Assembly: GCA_036557165.1 (NCBI GenBank)
Contig: DATBIA010000095.1
Span: forward strand, 85,909 to 149,908
Reading direction: 5' to 3'
Length of the DNA stretch: 64,000 nt
Source: Bryobacteraceae bacterium
GTDB lineage: Bacteria; Acidobacteriota; Terriglobia; Bryobacterales; Bryobacteraceae
Positions 16,348 through 25,625 of the stretch are shown piece by piece. A program made the translations under genes and the position numbers. Below the pieces are notes generated by a model, which saw only the letters and a program-made list of their open reading frames with translations, was not told the origin of the DNA and made no database searches. Each line of letters opens with the position of its first letter. The first letter of the stretch is position 1.

Positions 16348-18783
16348 ATGAATCGCAGAATTCTGTTTTTAATACCGATCTTGCCGGTCATTCTGACACC
16401 GGCGGCGGTTCACGCTCAAGTCCCGAACAAGATGACTCTCGTCGAACAGGCAGGAGTCACCACCGCCAATTATCCGGTACAGTTCGGCAGGCCATTCGTA
16501 CAGGGAGAAATCGCTGATTATCCGCAGGCGGTCCTGAACGGAGCGCCGGTGGCCACGCAAGCCGACGTAAAACAGCGCTGGCCCGACGGGAGCGTCAAGC
16601 ACGCCGTCATCTCGTTTCTGATCCCCAATTTGACTTCCCATTCCACCGTGGCGGTAACGTTTCAGGATCAGGGCTCGGGAAACAACACGCCTTTGAGCCA
16701 AGCCCAGATGCTCGGCGGCAACTTCAATTTCGACGCCGAAATGGATCTGACCAACGGCAGTACGATCACGGCGGACGCACGGACGATGCTTATGCAGGCG
16801 AGCGGATGCCAACCTTGGGGCGGTTCGCCGCCTCCGGTGTGCGCCTTGTGGACATCGGGCAATATCGCGCAGACGATCATTCTGGCGGATCATTCGACGA
16901 ATCGCGCCTACGACATCGGGTTCGACTCCAATCGCTCCTTCCGTCCGATTTTTCAGGCGACATTCTGGCCCACCATCAACAAAGTGATGGTGCGGTTTAT
17001 CGGCGAAAACGCGGACACACTGGCCTTGCAGACGCAGACTTATTCGCTGGCGCTGAGCACGGGAACGCCGCTAGCGCAGGTTTACACCAAGCCGACGTTC
17101 ACGCAATCCGGCGCGTCGCGATGGACCAAGGTCTTCTGGATCGGCGGAGCGCCCTCCGCGATTTCCATCGACCACAATATCTCCTATATCGAGGCGACCA
17201 CATTTGTCCCCAACTACGACACCTCGGTCGCCATCACGGGATCGGCGGTCAACAATTACTGCAATAACTGGAAAAACGCCAATACGGATATCGGGGGAGC
17301 GGGAAACTGGACCAAGAACATGCCGGTCACCGGCTCGCGGCCCGATATCGGTCCTTACCCTGACTGGACGGTACTTTGGCTGTACACGGGGAACAGTTGT
17401 TTGGAGGCGGCGGCCAGGGGGAACGCGGATCTGGCGGCGTCGTGGACGGTTCACATAAGAGAAGGCGCGCCGGGCAAAATCATGCTGCGCACCGATCCGC
17501 CGGGATCAAGCACGGCCTTGGGGCACGTGGTGTCGGTGAGCGGGAGGCCGACCGTGAGCGGCACGGGAAATTTCAACACCAGCGCGGCGGATCAGATCCA
17601 TACGGTGGGCGCGATGGGGACGCAGGGCTGGAACGACGATATGGCGCACGAGCCGGAAGTCGCGTCGCTGGTCTACACTTTAACCGGCGATTTCTGGTAT
17701 TTGGAAGAGGCGTGGTTTTGGGCGAGCTACGACACGGCCGGCGAGCTCAATTATCCTCCTTACCAGCGTTTTGGCGCCCTGGGGATGCTGAATCATTCTC
17801 AGATCCGCGCCATGGCGTGGCAGTTGCGGAACCGGGTGAATACGGCGTTCGTAAGTCCGGACGGCACGCTGGAGCAAAACTACTTCAACACGTTGGTCGA
17901 CGATGCCCTGGCTTGCGAGGAAGGGGCGAGAAATATCACGACCACCGCTTACAACGGCAGCACGGCCTGGAACTTGTGCCGGAACCAGTTCGCCACCTCG
18001 GATTCCGAAGCGGGATTTCCGGGGTTCAAGCAAGTGAAGCCCGGCACAGTAACGCCTCTGCACCAATGGGCGGGCGGGGGAGCCGATTTCGCGCAGGACG
18101 AATACGGGGTGTGCTCCTCTACCGGAGGAATCCAGCCCTCGCCGTGCACGACACCGACAGTATTGGCCGCGACCTCTTTCTTTGAAAGCGATTACCTGCT
18201 GTACTCGTTGGGGCGGGCGAAGGAGTTGGGATACCGGTCGGGCGCCCTGCTGAGCTGGCTCGGATCCCTGTACACGGGGATGCTCACGGATCCGAATTTC
18301 AATCCGTTCCTGATCGATAACGGGCGAGTGCCGACGATCAAGCTGGACGGGAGCTATTTTTCGACGTATGCGGACTTGAAGACCGGCTATGGGCCGACCT
18401 GGATCAACCGGACGTCGCTCGGCAGCGGCAACGATCCGGACGGATACGCCGCTTACGCGATCGCCGGGATTTCCTATCTGGGCCAAGAGCCGAATGGGCC
18501 GGCTGCGTGGAATTTCATGCGGGGCCACTACAACTGGAGCGTTTTCATGAATCTTCCGAAATGGGCCATTGCGCCGCGGGGCGGGGCCGGAATCGTGACA
18601 TCGTCCTGCGATCTGAATCAGGACGGAACGGTGGACGCTTTGGATGTGCAGCTATCGATCGGCCAGGCCCTGGGGCAGTCGCCTTGCACCGGCGATCTGG
18701 CGGGGACTGGAACCTGTAACGTGGTTGACACGCAGAGGGTGATCAATGCGGCTTTGGGCGGGAGCTGCCGGCTTGGGCCGTAG
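16348..18783 (+). CDS. large secreted protein of unknown function with a C-terminal dockerin-like repeat
   Basis: Signal peptide MNRRILFLIPILPVILTPAAVHA. The C-terminus is CDLNQDGTVDALDVQLSIGQALG...NVVDTQRVINAALGG, a D-x-N-x-D-G-x-V-D Ca-binding dockerin repeat pattern. I recognised no catalytic motif. Confidence 0.7.
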   Translation: MNRRILFLIPILPVILTPAAVHAQVPNKMTLVEQAGVTTANYPVQFGRPFVQGEIADYPQAVLNGAPVATQADVKQRWPDGSVKHAVISFLIPNLTSHSTVAVTFQDQGSGNNTPLSQAQMLGGNFNFDAEMDLTNGSTITADARTMLMQASGCQPWGGSPPPVCALWTSGNIAQTIILADHSTNRAYDIGFDSNRSFRPIFQATFWPTINKVMVRFIGENADTLALQTQTYSLALSTGTPLAQVYTKPTFTQSGASRWTKVFWIGGAPSAISIDHNISYIEATTFVPNYDTSVAITGSAVNNYCNNWKNANTDIGGAGNWTKNMPVTGSRPDIGPYPDWTVLWLYTGNSCLEAAARGNADLAASWTVHIREGAPGKIMLRTDPPGSSTALGHVVSVSGRPTVSGTGNFNTSAADQIHTVGAMGTQGWNDDMAHEPEVASLVYTLTGDFWYLEEAWFWASYDTAGELNYPPYQRFGALGMLNHSQIRAMAWQLRNRVNTAFVSPDGTLEQNYFNTLVDDALACEEGARNITTTAYNGSTAWNLCRNQFATSDSEAGFPGFKQVKPGTVTPLHQWAGGGADFAQDEYGVCSSTGGIQPSPCTTPTVLAATSFFESDYLLYSLGRAKELGYRSGALLSWLGSLYTGMLTDPNFNPFLIDNGRVPTIKLDGSYFSTYADLKTGYGPTWINRTSLGSGNDPDGYAAYAIAGISYLGQEPNGPAAWNFMRGHYNWSVFMNLPKWAIAPRGGAGIVTSSCDLNQDGTVDALDVQLSIGQALGQSPCTGDLAGTGTCNVVDTQRVINAALGGSCRLGP

Positions 18784-18813
18784 GGAAGCTTTGCGCCTTT
18801 CTTGAATCTTATT

Positions 18814-18847
18814 GCGGGGCTGAAGCCCCGCGCGGGCTAAAGCCCGC
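18814..18847 (+). other. two tandem perfect GC-rich stem-loops (REP-like element or intercistronic terminator/stabiliser)
   Basis: GCGGGGC-TGAA-GCCCCGC at 18814-18831 is immediately followed by GCGGGC-TAAA-GCCCGC at 18832-18847. The element ends 7 nt before the ATG at 18855. Confidence 0.5.
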
Positions 18848-18854
18848 CCTCCAA

Positions 18855-19937
18855 ATGCCCGCGATTTCCGTCGTCGTTCCGCTCTACAACAAAGAGCGTT
18901 ATATCCGGCGTTGCCTGGAATCCATCTGTCGCCAAACGATGCGCGACTTCGAGGTCCTCGTGGTGGACGATGGATCGAGCGACGCCTCGGCGGAAATCGC
19001 GGCTTCCATCCCCGATCCTCGAATTCGGGTGATCCGCCAGGAGAACCGGGGCGAGGGAGGGGCGCGCAACCGAGGTATCCAGGAATCGCGCGGCGAACTG
19101 GTGGCCTTTCTCGATTCCGACGACGAATGGCGGCCGTCGTTTCTCGAAGCAATTGCGGATCTCAGGCGAGCCTATCCGGAGGCGGGCATTCTCGCCACCG
19201 GATACAGGCGATGCCGGAGCGGTCCGCTTGATATGGAGACGACGCTGGCCGACCCGCCCAGCGGTACGCGCCGGCTGGTTCCAAATTACTTGAGCCTGGC
19301 GATGCGCGGGAATCTGGTGTGCTCGTCAAGCGTGGCAATTCTGCACTCGGTTCTCGCGGAGGTGGGCGGATTTCCAGAGCGCGAGCCGTTCGGCGCCGAC
19401 CGCGACTTATGGGTGCGGATCGCGCTGAAGTATCCGTTGGCCTACGATGTCCGCGTGTGCTCGATTTATCATTCCGAGGCGGAGGGGAGGGCGCAGGACC
19501 GGCGGCCGGTGGGTCCGGTTTGCCCGCCTGTGGTCCGGACCCTCCGGAAGGCGGTAAAGGAAGGCCGCATCCCTGGGCATCGGTTACGCGAAGTGCAACT
19601 GTACAGCGATCTGACGCAGATGCAGTACGTTTACTGGCAGATGCACGTCCGCAACCGAGCCAATGCCGTGGCACTTTTGCGCGAGGGGTACTTTCTTCCT
19701 TGGTTCCGCATCCTAGCGCTGGGGTGTCGCGCTTTGTTGAGCTTTCTTCCCGTCCGCGTGGTGGAGGCTATTCGCCTGAAGCCTCAGAACGCAACGCAAC
19801 GTGTGAAGTCGCTGTTTTCTAGCGGCGGCACGGAATACCGGCACAAGGACCTTCTGATTCGCGAAGTCCCTACGGAGATTGACACCGCGGACCCGGAGCT
19901 TGGCGCCACGGACCTCCAGACGACCAATTCGCTCTGA
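18855..19937 (+). CDS. family 2 glycosyltransferase
   Basis: ISVVVPLYNKERYIRRCLESICRQTMRDFEVLVVDDGSSD is a classic GT2 N-terminus with DxD. LDSDDEW is also present. Confidence 0.85.
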   Translation: MPAISVVVPLYNKERYIRRCLESICRQTMRDFEVLVVDDGSSDASAEIAASIPDPRIRVIRQENRGEGGARNRGIQESRGELVAFLDSDDEWRPSFLEAIADLRRAYPEAGILATGYRRCRSGPLDMETTLADPPSGTRRLVPNYLSLAMRGNLVCSSSVAILHSVLAEVGGFPEREPFGADRDLWVRIALKYPLAYDVRVCSIYHSEAEGRAQDRRPVGPVCPPVVRTLRKAVKEGRIPGHRLREVQLYSDLTQMQYVYWQMHVRNRANAVALLREGYFLPWFRILALGCRALLSFLPVRVVEAIRLKPQNATQRVKSLFSSGGTEYRHKDLLIREVPTEIDTADPELGATDLQTTNSL

Positions 19938-19950
19938 TTCACGTTTCCGC

Positions 19951-21429
19951 ATGAAGCTTTCCAAGATTCTTCAGCAGTCGTCCATCTACCTGATGGGCGA
20001 CTTTCTCCGGCGCGCGCTCGGAGTGATTCTGCTCCCGTTCTACACACATTATCTTTCCAATGCGGAGTACGGGACCATCGATTTGCTGGATCTGCTGGTG
20101 CTCGTAGCCAATGTCAGCCTGGGGGGGATGGCGATCGGCGATGCGATGGTGCGGATCTACTACGAGGAGGAGAATCGCGAGCCTGGAGCGGTGGTTTCTA
20201 CGGCGCTCTGGTGCATCTCGGGCGTGAGCGCGGTGCTGACAGCCCTGGGGATATTTTTTGCCGCGCCGATCGGCCGCATGCTGTTCCACGCGCCGGGAAA
20301 CGAGAGCCTGATCCGAATGGCGTTCCTGGCCCTGTTTTGCGGCAACATCGTCGAAACGGGTTTGGTTTATCAGCGCCTCCGGCAAAGACCGGGTTTCTTC
20401 ATTCTGCTTTCGGGCGGATTATTAGCGTTGAACGCCGGGTTGAATATTTATTGCATCGCTTTCGCGGGGTGGGGACTGTGGGGCTTCTTCTGGAGCAAGC
20501 TGGTGGTGGCGGCGGTGGGCGCGGTGGTGCTGCTCGGGTCGATTGTACGGGAAGTCCGGTGGAGTTTCCGGTTGGATCTGGCGAAACGCATCGCAAGCTT
20601 CGGCACCCCGCTGATTTTATCCGGCTTTTCAGTGTTCATCATTCATTTTTCCGACCGCTTCTTTTTGAGCCAGTACTCGACCCTGGCGGAGATCGGCATT
20701 TACGCGGTGGCCTATAAGTTCGGATTCCTGATCAGCAACATGGTGGGGACGCCGTTTGAGAGCGCCTGGAACGTGCAGATGTACAACTATGCGTCGTCTC
20801 CGGGTTGGCAGCGGCAGTTCGCGCGGGTGGTTCGCTATCTGCTTTTCGTTCTGGTGCTGGCGGGGTTGGCGCTGAGCGTCACAGGCGACGAGGCGCTCGC
20901 GTTGATCGCGCCGCCTTCTTACGCGGCGGCCGCGATGCTGGTTCCGATCCTGGTGCTGGCTTACGTGGTGCGCGAAGTGGGCGACTTTTTCCGGGGCGTT
21001 CTGTTCGTGAATAAGCGCGTCCGGCTGTTCAGCGCGCTCACCTGCGTCTGCGGAGCGCTGAATCTGGCGCTGAACCAGACTCTGATACCGCGGCACGGAG
21101 CGCGGGGCGCGGCGTGGGCGACGCTGATCACGTGGTTTGTCTACATGGTGGCGTGCTGGGTGTTCGTGCATCGCGAGCACCGATTTCCATTTCCGATACG
21201 ATCATTTGCGACGATCTTCGGGCTCGCCGGAGTCGTTTACGCGGCGTCGGGCGTGGTGAATCGCTTGCCCACGATTTGGCAGTGGGGGCCGGACGCGCTC
21301 ATGATCTTGCTTTTCGTGGGGCTGCTCTGGACCAGCGGATATTTTCCGCAAGAAGATCGCAAGGCCATAAAAGAGCGGCTGGCGATTTGGCGATCGGGGC
21401 GGCTGGTGGGCGTCGCGAGCGGTGGATGA
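19951..21429 (+). CDS. Wzx-type polysaccharide flippase (MOP superfamily)
   Basis: Trimmed to the ATG at 19951 (MKLSKILQQSSIYLMGDFLRRALGVILLPFYTHYLS). About 12-14 TM helices follow. Confidence 0.8.
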   Translation: MKLSKILQQSSIYLMGDFLRRALGVILLPFYTHYLSNAEYGTIDLLDLLVLVANVSLGGMAIGDAMVRIYYEEENREPGAVVSTALWCISGVSAVLTALGIFFAAPIGRMLFHAPGNESLIRMAFLALFCGNIVETGLVYQRLRQRPGFFILLSGGLLALNAGLNIYCIAFAGWGLWGFFWSKLVVAAVGAVVLLGSIVREVRWSFRLDLAKRIASFGTPLILSGFSVFIIHFSDRFFLSQYSTLAEIGIYAVAYKFGFLISNMVGTPFESAWNVQMYNYASSPGWQRQFARVVRYLLFVLVLAGLALSVTGDEALALIAPPSYAAAAMLVPILVLAYVVREVGDFFRGVLFVNKRVRLFSALTCVCGALNLALNQTLIPRHGARGAAWATLITWFVYMVACWVFVHREHRFPFPIRSFATIFGLAGVVYAASGVVNRLPTIWQWGPDALMILLFVGLLWTSGYFPQEDRKAIKERLAIWRSGRLVGVASGG

Positions 21430-22493
21430 GCGGTTTGATTCACACGGCGAGGAAATGGCTTTACCGGGTAGGGGCGCTCGGGGCGTATCACCGGATCCGC
21501 AACCGCCGCGCGCTTACCGTGGCAATGTTCCACAGGGTGCTTGCGACCGGCGATCCGCGAGCCGCGGCGGCCGATCCGGTATGGACAGTGTCGGATGAGT
21601 TCTTCGAAGACTGCCTTCGGTTTTTCGTCAAACACTACCACGTGATCGGCTTGGGCGATCTGCTGGATTCACTCGCCGGACGGCGCGAGCTGCCGGAACG
21701 GCCGCTGCTGATCACGTTCGACGACGGTTGGGCGGACACGGAAGAATATGCCGCGCGGTCGCTGCAGAAGATGAATCTACCGGCCGTGGTATTCGTAGTG
21801 GCGGAATCGGTGGGCGGCCGAGAGCCGTGGTCGGAAACGGTGCGGCGGCTGTGGCGGCGCGCGGAAATGAGGCCGCCAATTCTCGAATCAATCGAGAAGG
21901 CCACATTGAAACGCGCGGAGAGTCTCGCGGAGATTATTCAGACGCTGAGCGGTCTTCAGCCGGACGCGCGCCGCGCGTTGACCGATCGTCTGCGCCAATT
22001 CGAGCCCGCGCGGGACGAAATGATTTCGCGCGAGCAGATCGCGAAGCTGCGTCTGGCGGGATGCGCCATCGGCTCCCACGGCCTTACGCATACGTCGATT
22101 TCGCTAGCGCCGGATGCTTGGAATGAGCTGTACGAATCGCGGCGAGCTTTGGGCCGGATGCTCGGCGATGGCGCCGAGGCGCTGGCGGCGTTTTCCTTCC
22201 CGAACGGCAGATACAATGCCGAATCCATTCAATTGGCCGGCGAAGCGGGCTACGCTTGCGTGTTCACGAGCGACAGTCATTTGAATTCCACCGGCGAATG
22301 CCGATCAACGCCCGCGGTGTTTGGACGAATCGACATTTCCGGGCGACCCAATAGCGACGCCCGCGGAAGGTTGCGGGAGGAAGCCCTGGCGGCGTGGCTA
22401 TTTCCACGCGCGATCAAACCCGTGGCCGGAATTGGAACTAGCAAGGGCGCAAACTCCAAATCGAATCGGGAGTCGGATGCAGTCGCCAGGTGA
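21426..22493 (+). CDS. polysaccharide deacetylase (NodB homology domain)
   Basis: Trimmed to the ATG at 21426, which forms an ATGA overlap with the wzx stop. Motifs: LLITFDDGWADT, IGSHGLTH, FSFPNGRY. Confidence 0.8.
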   Translation: MSGLIHTARKWLYRVGALGAYHRIRNRRALTVAMFHRVLATGDPRAAAADPVWTVSDEFFEDCLRFFVKHYHVIGLGDLLDSLAGRRELPERPLLITFDDGWADTEEYAARSLQKMNLPAVVFVVAESVGGREPWSETVRRLWRRAEMRPPILESIEKATLKRAESLAEIIQTLSGLQPDARRALTDRLRQFEPARDEMISREQIAKLRLAGCAIGSHGLTHTSISLAPDAWNELYESRRALGRMLGDGAEALAAFSFPNGRYNAESIQLAGEAGYACVFTSDSHLNSTGECRSTPAVFGRIDISGRPNSDARGRLREEALAAWLFPRAIKPVAGIGTSKGANSKSNRESDAVAR

Positions 22494-23529
22494 GCTGCGA
22501 GGGCGGACGATTTCGGCCACGGCGCTGAGCGCGGCCGAGATCGTGGCGTGGGACGCGCTTTGCCGCGAGGTCCCACAATTGTCGAGCCCGTTTTTGTCGC
22601 CGCATTATGCGCTTGCGGTCGCCGCGGTGAGGCCGCATGTCTATGTTTGCGTGCTGACGCGCGCCGCGCGGCCCGTGGGTTTTTTGCCATTTCAGTTCAG
22701 GACGGCGGTTCATCGCCTGTTGCGCAGCGCCGAGCGCGTGGGCGAAGAGATGACCGATTATTTCGGTCTCATCGCGCAACCCGGTTTGAAGCTGGACGCG
22801 TCATGGCTGCTGCGACTGAGCGGACTTCAAGTTTTGAATTTTAGCCATCTAGACGAAACGCAGGCTGAATGGGGCTTGAGCGGGGAAGAGCCGGAGGCAG
22901 GTTACCTGATGCGGCTCGACGAGCCTGAGCCTTATTGGCAAATGCTGCGCCGGACGCACAAGGAATTCGTCACGAACACCGAAAGGCGCGCGCGGCAGGT
23001 GGAGAAAGAATGCGGTCCGCTTCGATTCACCGCCGACGAGCGGAATTGGCGCGAGCCACTGGACAATCTGCTCCGATACAAAGCCCGGCAATATGCCGCG
23101 ACGGGCAGAAGCGATTTATTCGCGGTCGGCTGGAAAAGAGCGCTGGTGGAGAAACTGGCGGCGATGCGCGAGGAAACATGCGCCGGGATGTTATCCACGC
23201 TGCATGCCGGAGAGACCTGGCTCGCGTCGCATTTCGGGTTGCGCTGCGGAGGCGTGCTGCACTATTGGTTTCCGGTTTACAACCCGGAGTTCTCACGCTT
23301 CGGGCCGGGGCGTTTGCTCATCAAGGCGCTGATCGATCACTCGCGCCAGATGAACCTTCGGCTGATCGATCATGGCGGAGGCGAGGCGCGATACAAGCAG
23401 GAATGCTCGAATTCCGCGCATACCTATTACCGAGGGGTCTGGCAGAGGGCCGGCGTGCGGAGTTTGCTGGGGCGGGCGGCGGAGTCCGCGCGATGGCGGA
23501 TGGAGCGGGCGGCGGCGGAATCGAGATAA
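22477..23529 (+). CDS. GNAT-fold acyltransferase, CelD/BioF2-like (Acetyltransf_6 type)
   Basis: Trimmed to the ATG at 22477, overlapping the previous gene by 17 nt. Motifs: SPFLSPHYALAV, LHYWFPVYNPEFSRFGPGRLL, and the GEARYK tail. Confidence 0.65.
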   Translation: MQSPGELRGRTISATALSAAEIVAWDALCREVPQLSSPFLSPHYALAVAAVRPHVYVCVLTRAARPVGFLPFQFRTAVHRLLRSAERVGEEMTDYFGLIAQPGLKLDASWLLRLSGLQVLNFSHLDETQAEWGLSGEEPEAGYLMRLDEPEPYWQMLRRTHKEFVTNTERRARQVEKECGPLRFTADERNWREPLDNLLRYKARQYAATGRSDLFAVGWKRALVEKLAAMREETCAGMLSTLHAGETWLASHFGLRCGGVLHYWFPVYNPEFSRFGPGRLLIKALIDHSRQMNLRLIDHGGGEARYKQECSNSAHTYYRGVWQRAGVRSLLGRAAESARWRMERAAAESR

Positions 23530-25616
23530 TGGAAAAAGACAATGTAATGCCCGCCAGATCCACGGTGGTCCTTCGCGGCGCGATCGTGGGGATGCTGGTG
23601 TGGCTAATGTACGCGGCGGTCGAGGATCTGTTCTGCTCGGCGGGAACGGCATCCACCAACCCCTTCTGGGTTTTCGCCTCCTGGCACTGGCGATTAGTGG
23701 GCGATCTGGCGCTGACCTTCGCGATTGGCGGCGCCGTGTTAGGGGCATTGTTAGGCTTGGCGGCCGCGGGACGGACCCGGCGCGAAGCCGATCTTTTTCT
23801 GAGGAATTCCGCCTGTCTGGCTCTGATTGGGGCGTTTCTGCTTCAAGCGATTTTCGTGGAGGCTGCCTCGTTCGCGTGGCCGGACCTTGCAACCTGCGCC
23901 GCGGCGATAGCGCTGGGGATCGCGCTGGCTTTGAGCCTGGGGGTGAAATCCTGGTCCGAAAAAATTGGGCGGCACGTTTATCCCTGGATGGTGGCCCTGG
24001 TGCTCGCGGGCGGACCATGGGTGAGGACGGGCCTGCTTCGGGTGCTGCTGTTCGCAGGCGTCGCGGCGGCGATTCTTATTTCAAAGAGAATTGCGATGCG
24101 GGGCTGGGGCGCTCCCAGCCTGATCCGGCAGGCCGCGGCTGTGGCGGCGATGCTCGCGGCGGCTGTGGGGGCGAGCCTTTATTACGACAACGACGTGGTT
24201 TTGGGAGGGCTGGCCAACGTGAAGCCGGGTGCGGCGGGCGTTCCCAATATCGTCCTGATCACGATGGACACGGTGCGCGCCGACCATCTGCCGTTGTATG
24301 GGTACAGCCGCAACACCGCGCCCAATTTATCGGCGTTTGCGGCGCAAGCGACGCTTTATAAGCATACGGTGGCGGTTTCGAACATGACGCTGGCGACCCA
24401 CGCGTCGCTGTTCACCGGACTCTATCCGAGCGCGCATGGAGCACATTACGATCCGCCGCGCAATCCGGCGGGGCGTCCGCTGGGGAGCAACTTTCCGACG
24501 GTAGCGGCGATGCTCGCGCGGCGCGGCTACGCCACCCTGGCCGTGATCGCCAATCACGGATATCTCAACCCATATTACGGATTGGATCGCGGCTTCGACG
24601 TGTACGACGCGCGGCAGCCGGTGCCGGTGCTGCACTCCGCCTCGCGGCTGCATTTGCGAAACGGCGTCCGCAAATTTCTGGGATTGTTTATGTACACCGC
24701 CGAGTTCGATATTTTGACGCGACGCGCGGAAGAGATTAACGAGACGGCGTTTAAGCTAATTGGCCAAGCCAAACAGCGGCAGGCGCCCTTCTTTCTATTC
24801 CTGAACTACATGGACGCGCACGGGCCTTACGTTCCGCCCGCGCCGTACGACCGCATGTTTCCGGGCCGGTTGAGCGATTTTTCCGAACGCCGATACGAGC
24901 GGATGCAGCGCGAAGTAATGCAGCTTAAGCGCGAGATCGCGCCGCGCGAGCGGGAACACCTGATCTCGCAATACGACGGCGGCATCGCGTACATGGATTC
25001 GCAAATTGGACGGCTGTTCGCTCGCTTGAAGGAACTCGGGCTATACGACGACGCGCTGATCGTGGTGACTTCCGATCACGGAGAGGAATTCGGCGATCGC
25101 AATGCGCTGGATCATGGGATTTCGGTGTACCACGACGAGGTGAACGTTCCGTTTGTTATTAAATATCCTGGGCAGAGGGAAGGCCGAGCGGTGGATGAGA
25201 TGGTAAGCCAGATCGATGTGGCGCCTACGCTGCTGGAAGCGGCCAAGGTTCCACAACCATCTACGTTCTCGGGGCAGAGTCTGACCCAGCCGATCGCGCC
25301 CGGCCGTCATTTGTACAGCGAAGCCTTTCCGCCAGATCTGTCGGCTCGCTGGGACGCGCGGTTTCGAAGAACGCAGCGGGCGGTTTACGAGGATTTTCAG
25401 AAGTTTATCGAGTCGAGCACGGGACAACGCGAACTCTACGATTTGCGGGCCGATCCGGAGGAACGGTCGGATGCATATCGCGAAAACGCGCAGTTGGCCG
25501 CGTCTATGCAGTCGACCCTGGAGCAATGGCTGTCCCATCAACCGAAATTCACGCACGGGACGGCCACGCCCGAACAGGTCTTGCAGCAATTAAAGTCTTT
25601 GGGCTATGTTCAATAA
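23529..25616 (+). CDS. membrane-anchored sulfatase-fold (alkaline-phosphatase superfamily) protein; probably a transferase or hydrolase rather than a true sulfatase
   Basis: Trimmed to the ATG at 23529, overlapping the TAA of the previous gene. About 190 aa of TM helices are followed by PNIVLITMDTVRADHL, TSDHGEEFG and DHG. The CxPxR position reads T-L-A-T-H. Confidence 0.75.
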   Translation: MEKDNVMPARSTVVLRGAIVGMLVWLMYAAVEDLFCSAGTASTNPFWVFASWHWRLVGDLALTFAIGGAVLGALLGLAAAGRTRREADLFLRNSACLALIGAFLLQAIFVEAASFAWPDLATCAAAIALGIALALSLGVKSWSEKIGRHVYPWMVALVLAGGPWVRTGLLRVLLFAGVAAAILISKRIAMRGWGAPSLIRQAAAVAAMLAAAVGASLYYDNDVVLGGLANVKPGAAGVPNIVLITMDTVRADHLPLYGYSRNTAPNLSAFAAQATLYKHTVAVSNMTLATHASLFTGLYPSAHGAHYDPPRNPAGRPLGSNFPTVAAMLARRGYATLAVIANHGYLNPYYGLDRGFDVYDARQPVPVLHSASRLHLRNGVRKFLGLFMYTAEFDILTRRAEEINETAFKLIGQAKQRQAPFFLFLNYMDAHGPYVPPAPYDRMFPGRLSDFSERRYERMQREVMQLKREIAPREREHLISQYDGGIAYMDSQIGRLFARLKELGLYDDALIVVTSDHGEEFGDRNALDHGISVYHDEVNVPFVIKYPGQREGRAVDEMVSQIDVAPTLLEAAKVPQPSTFSGQSLTQPIAPGRHLYSEAFPPDLSARWDARFRRTQRAVYEDFQKFIESSTGQRELYDLRADPEERSDAYRENAQLAASMQSTLEQWLSHQPKFTHGTATPEQVLQQLKSLGYVQ

Positions 25617-25625
25617 CGTCCCCTC

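Noticed and set aside
18775-18783. C-terminus of the 811-aa protein checked for a PEP-CTERM tail.
   Set aside because: It ends ...GGSCRLGP, with no PEP motif, TM helix or Arg cluster. Only 2775-3485 carries a PEP-CTERM signal in this window.
22935-23528. Long N-terminal extensions in the ORF track, here 198 codons ahead of the sulfatase-fold gene. Similar extensions occur at 11016-11330, 19879-19950, 21114-21425, 22321-22476, 27674-27976, 32808-32942, 33976-34083, 36308-36469 and 38696-38785.
   Set aside because: The extensions overlap the preceding gene in another frame and are compositionally aberrant. In each case an internal ATG or GTG sits at, or within a few nt of, the upstream stop codon (ATGA/GTGA coupling) and begins a sensible N-terminus.
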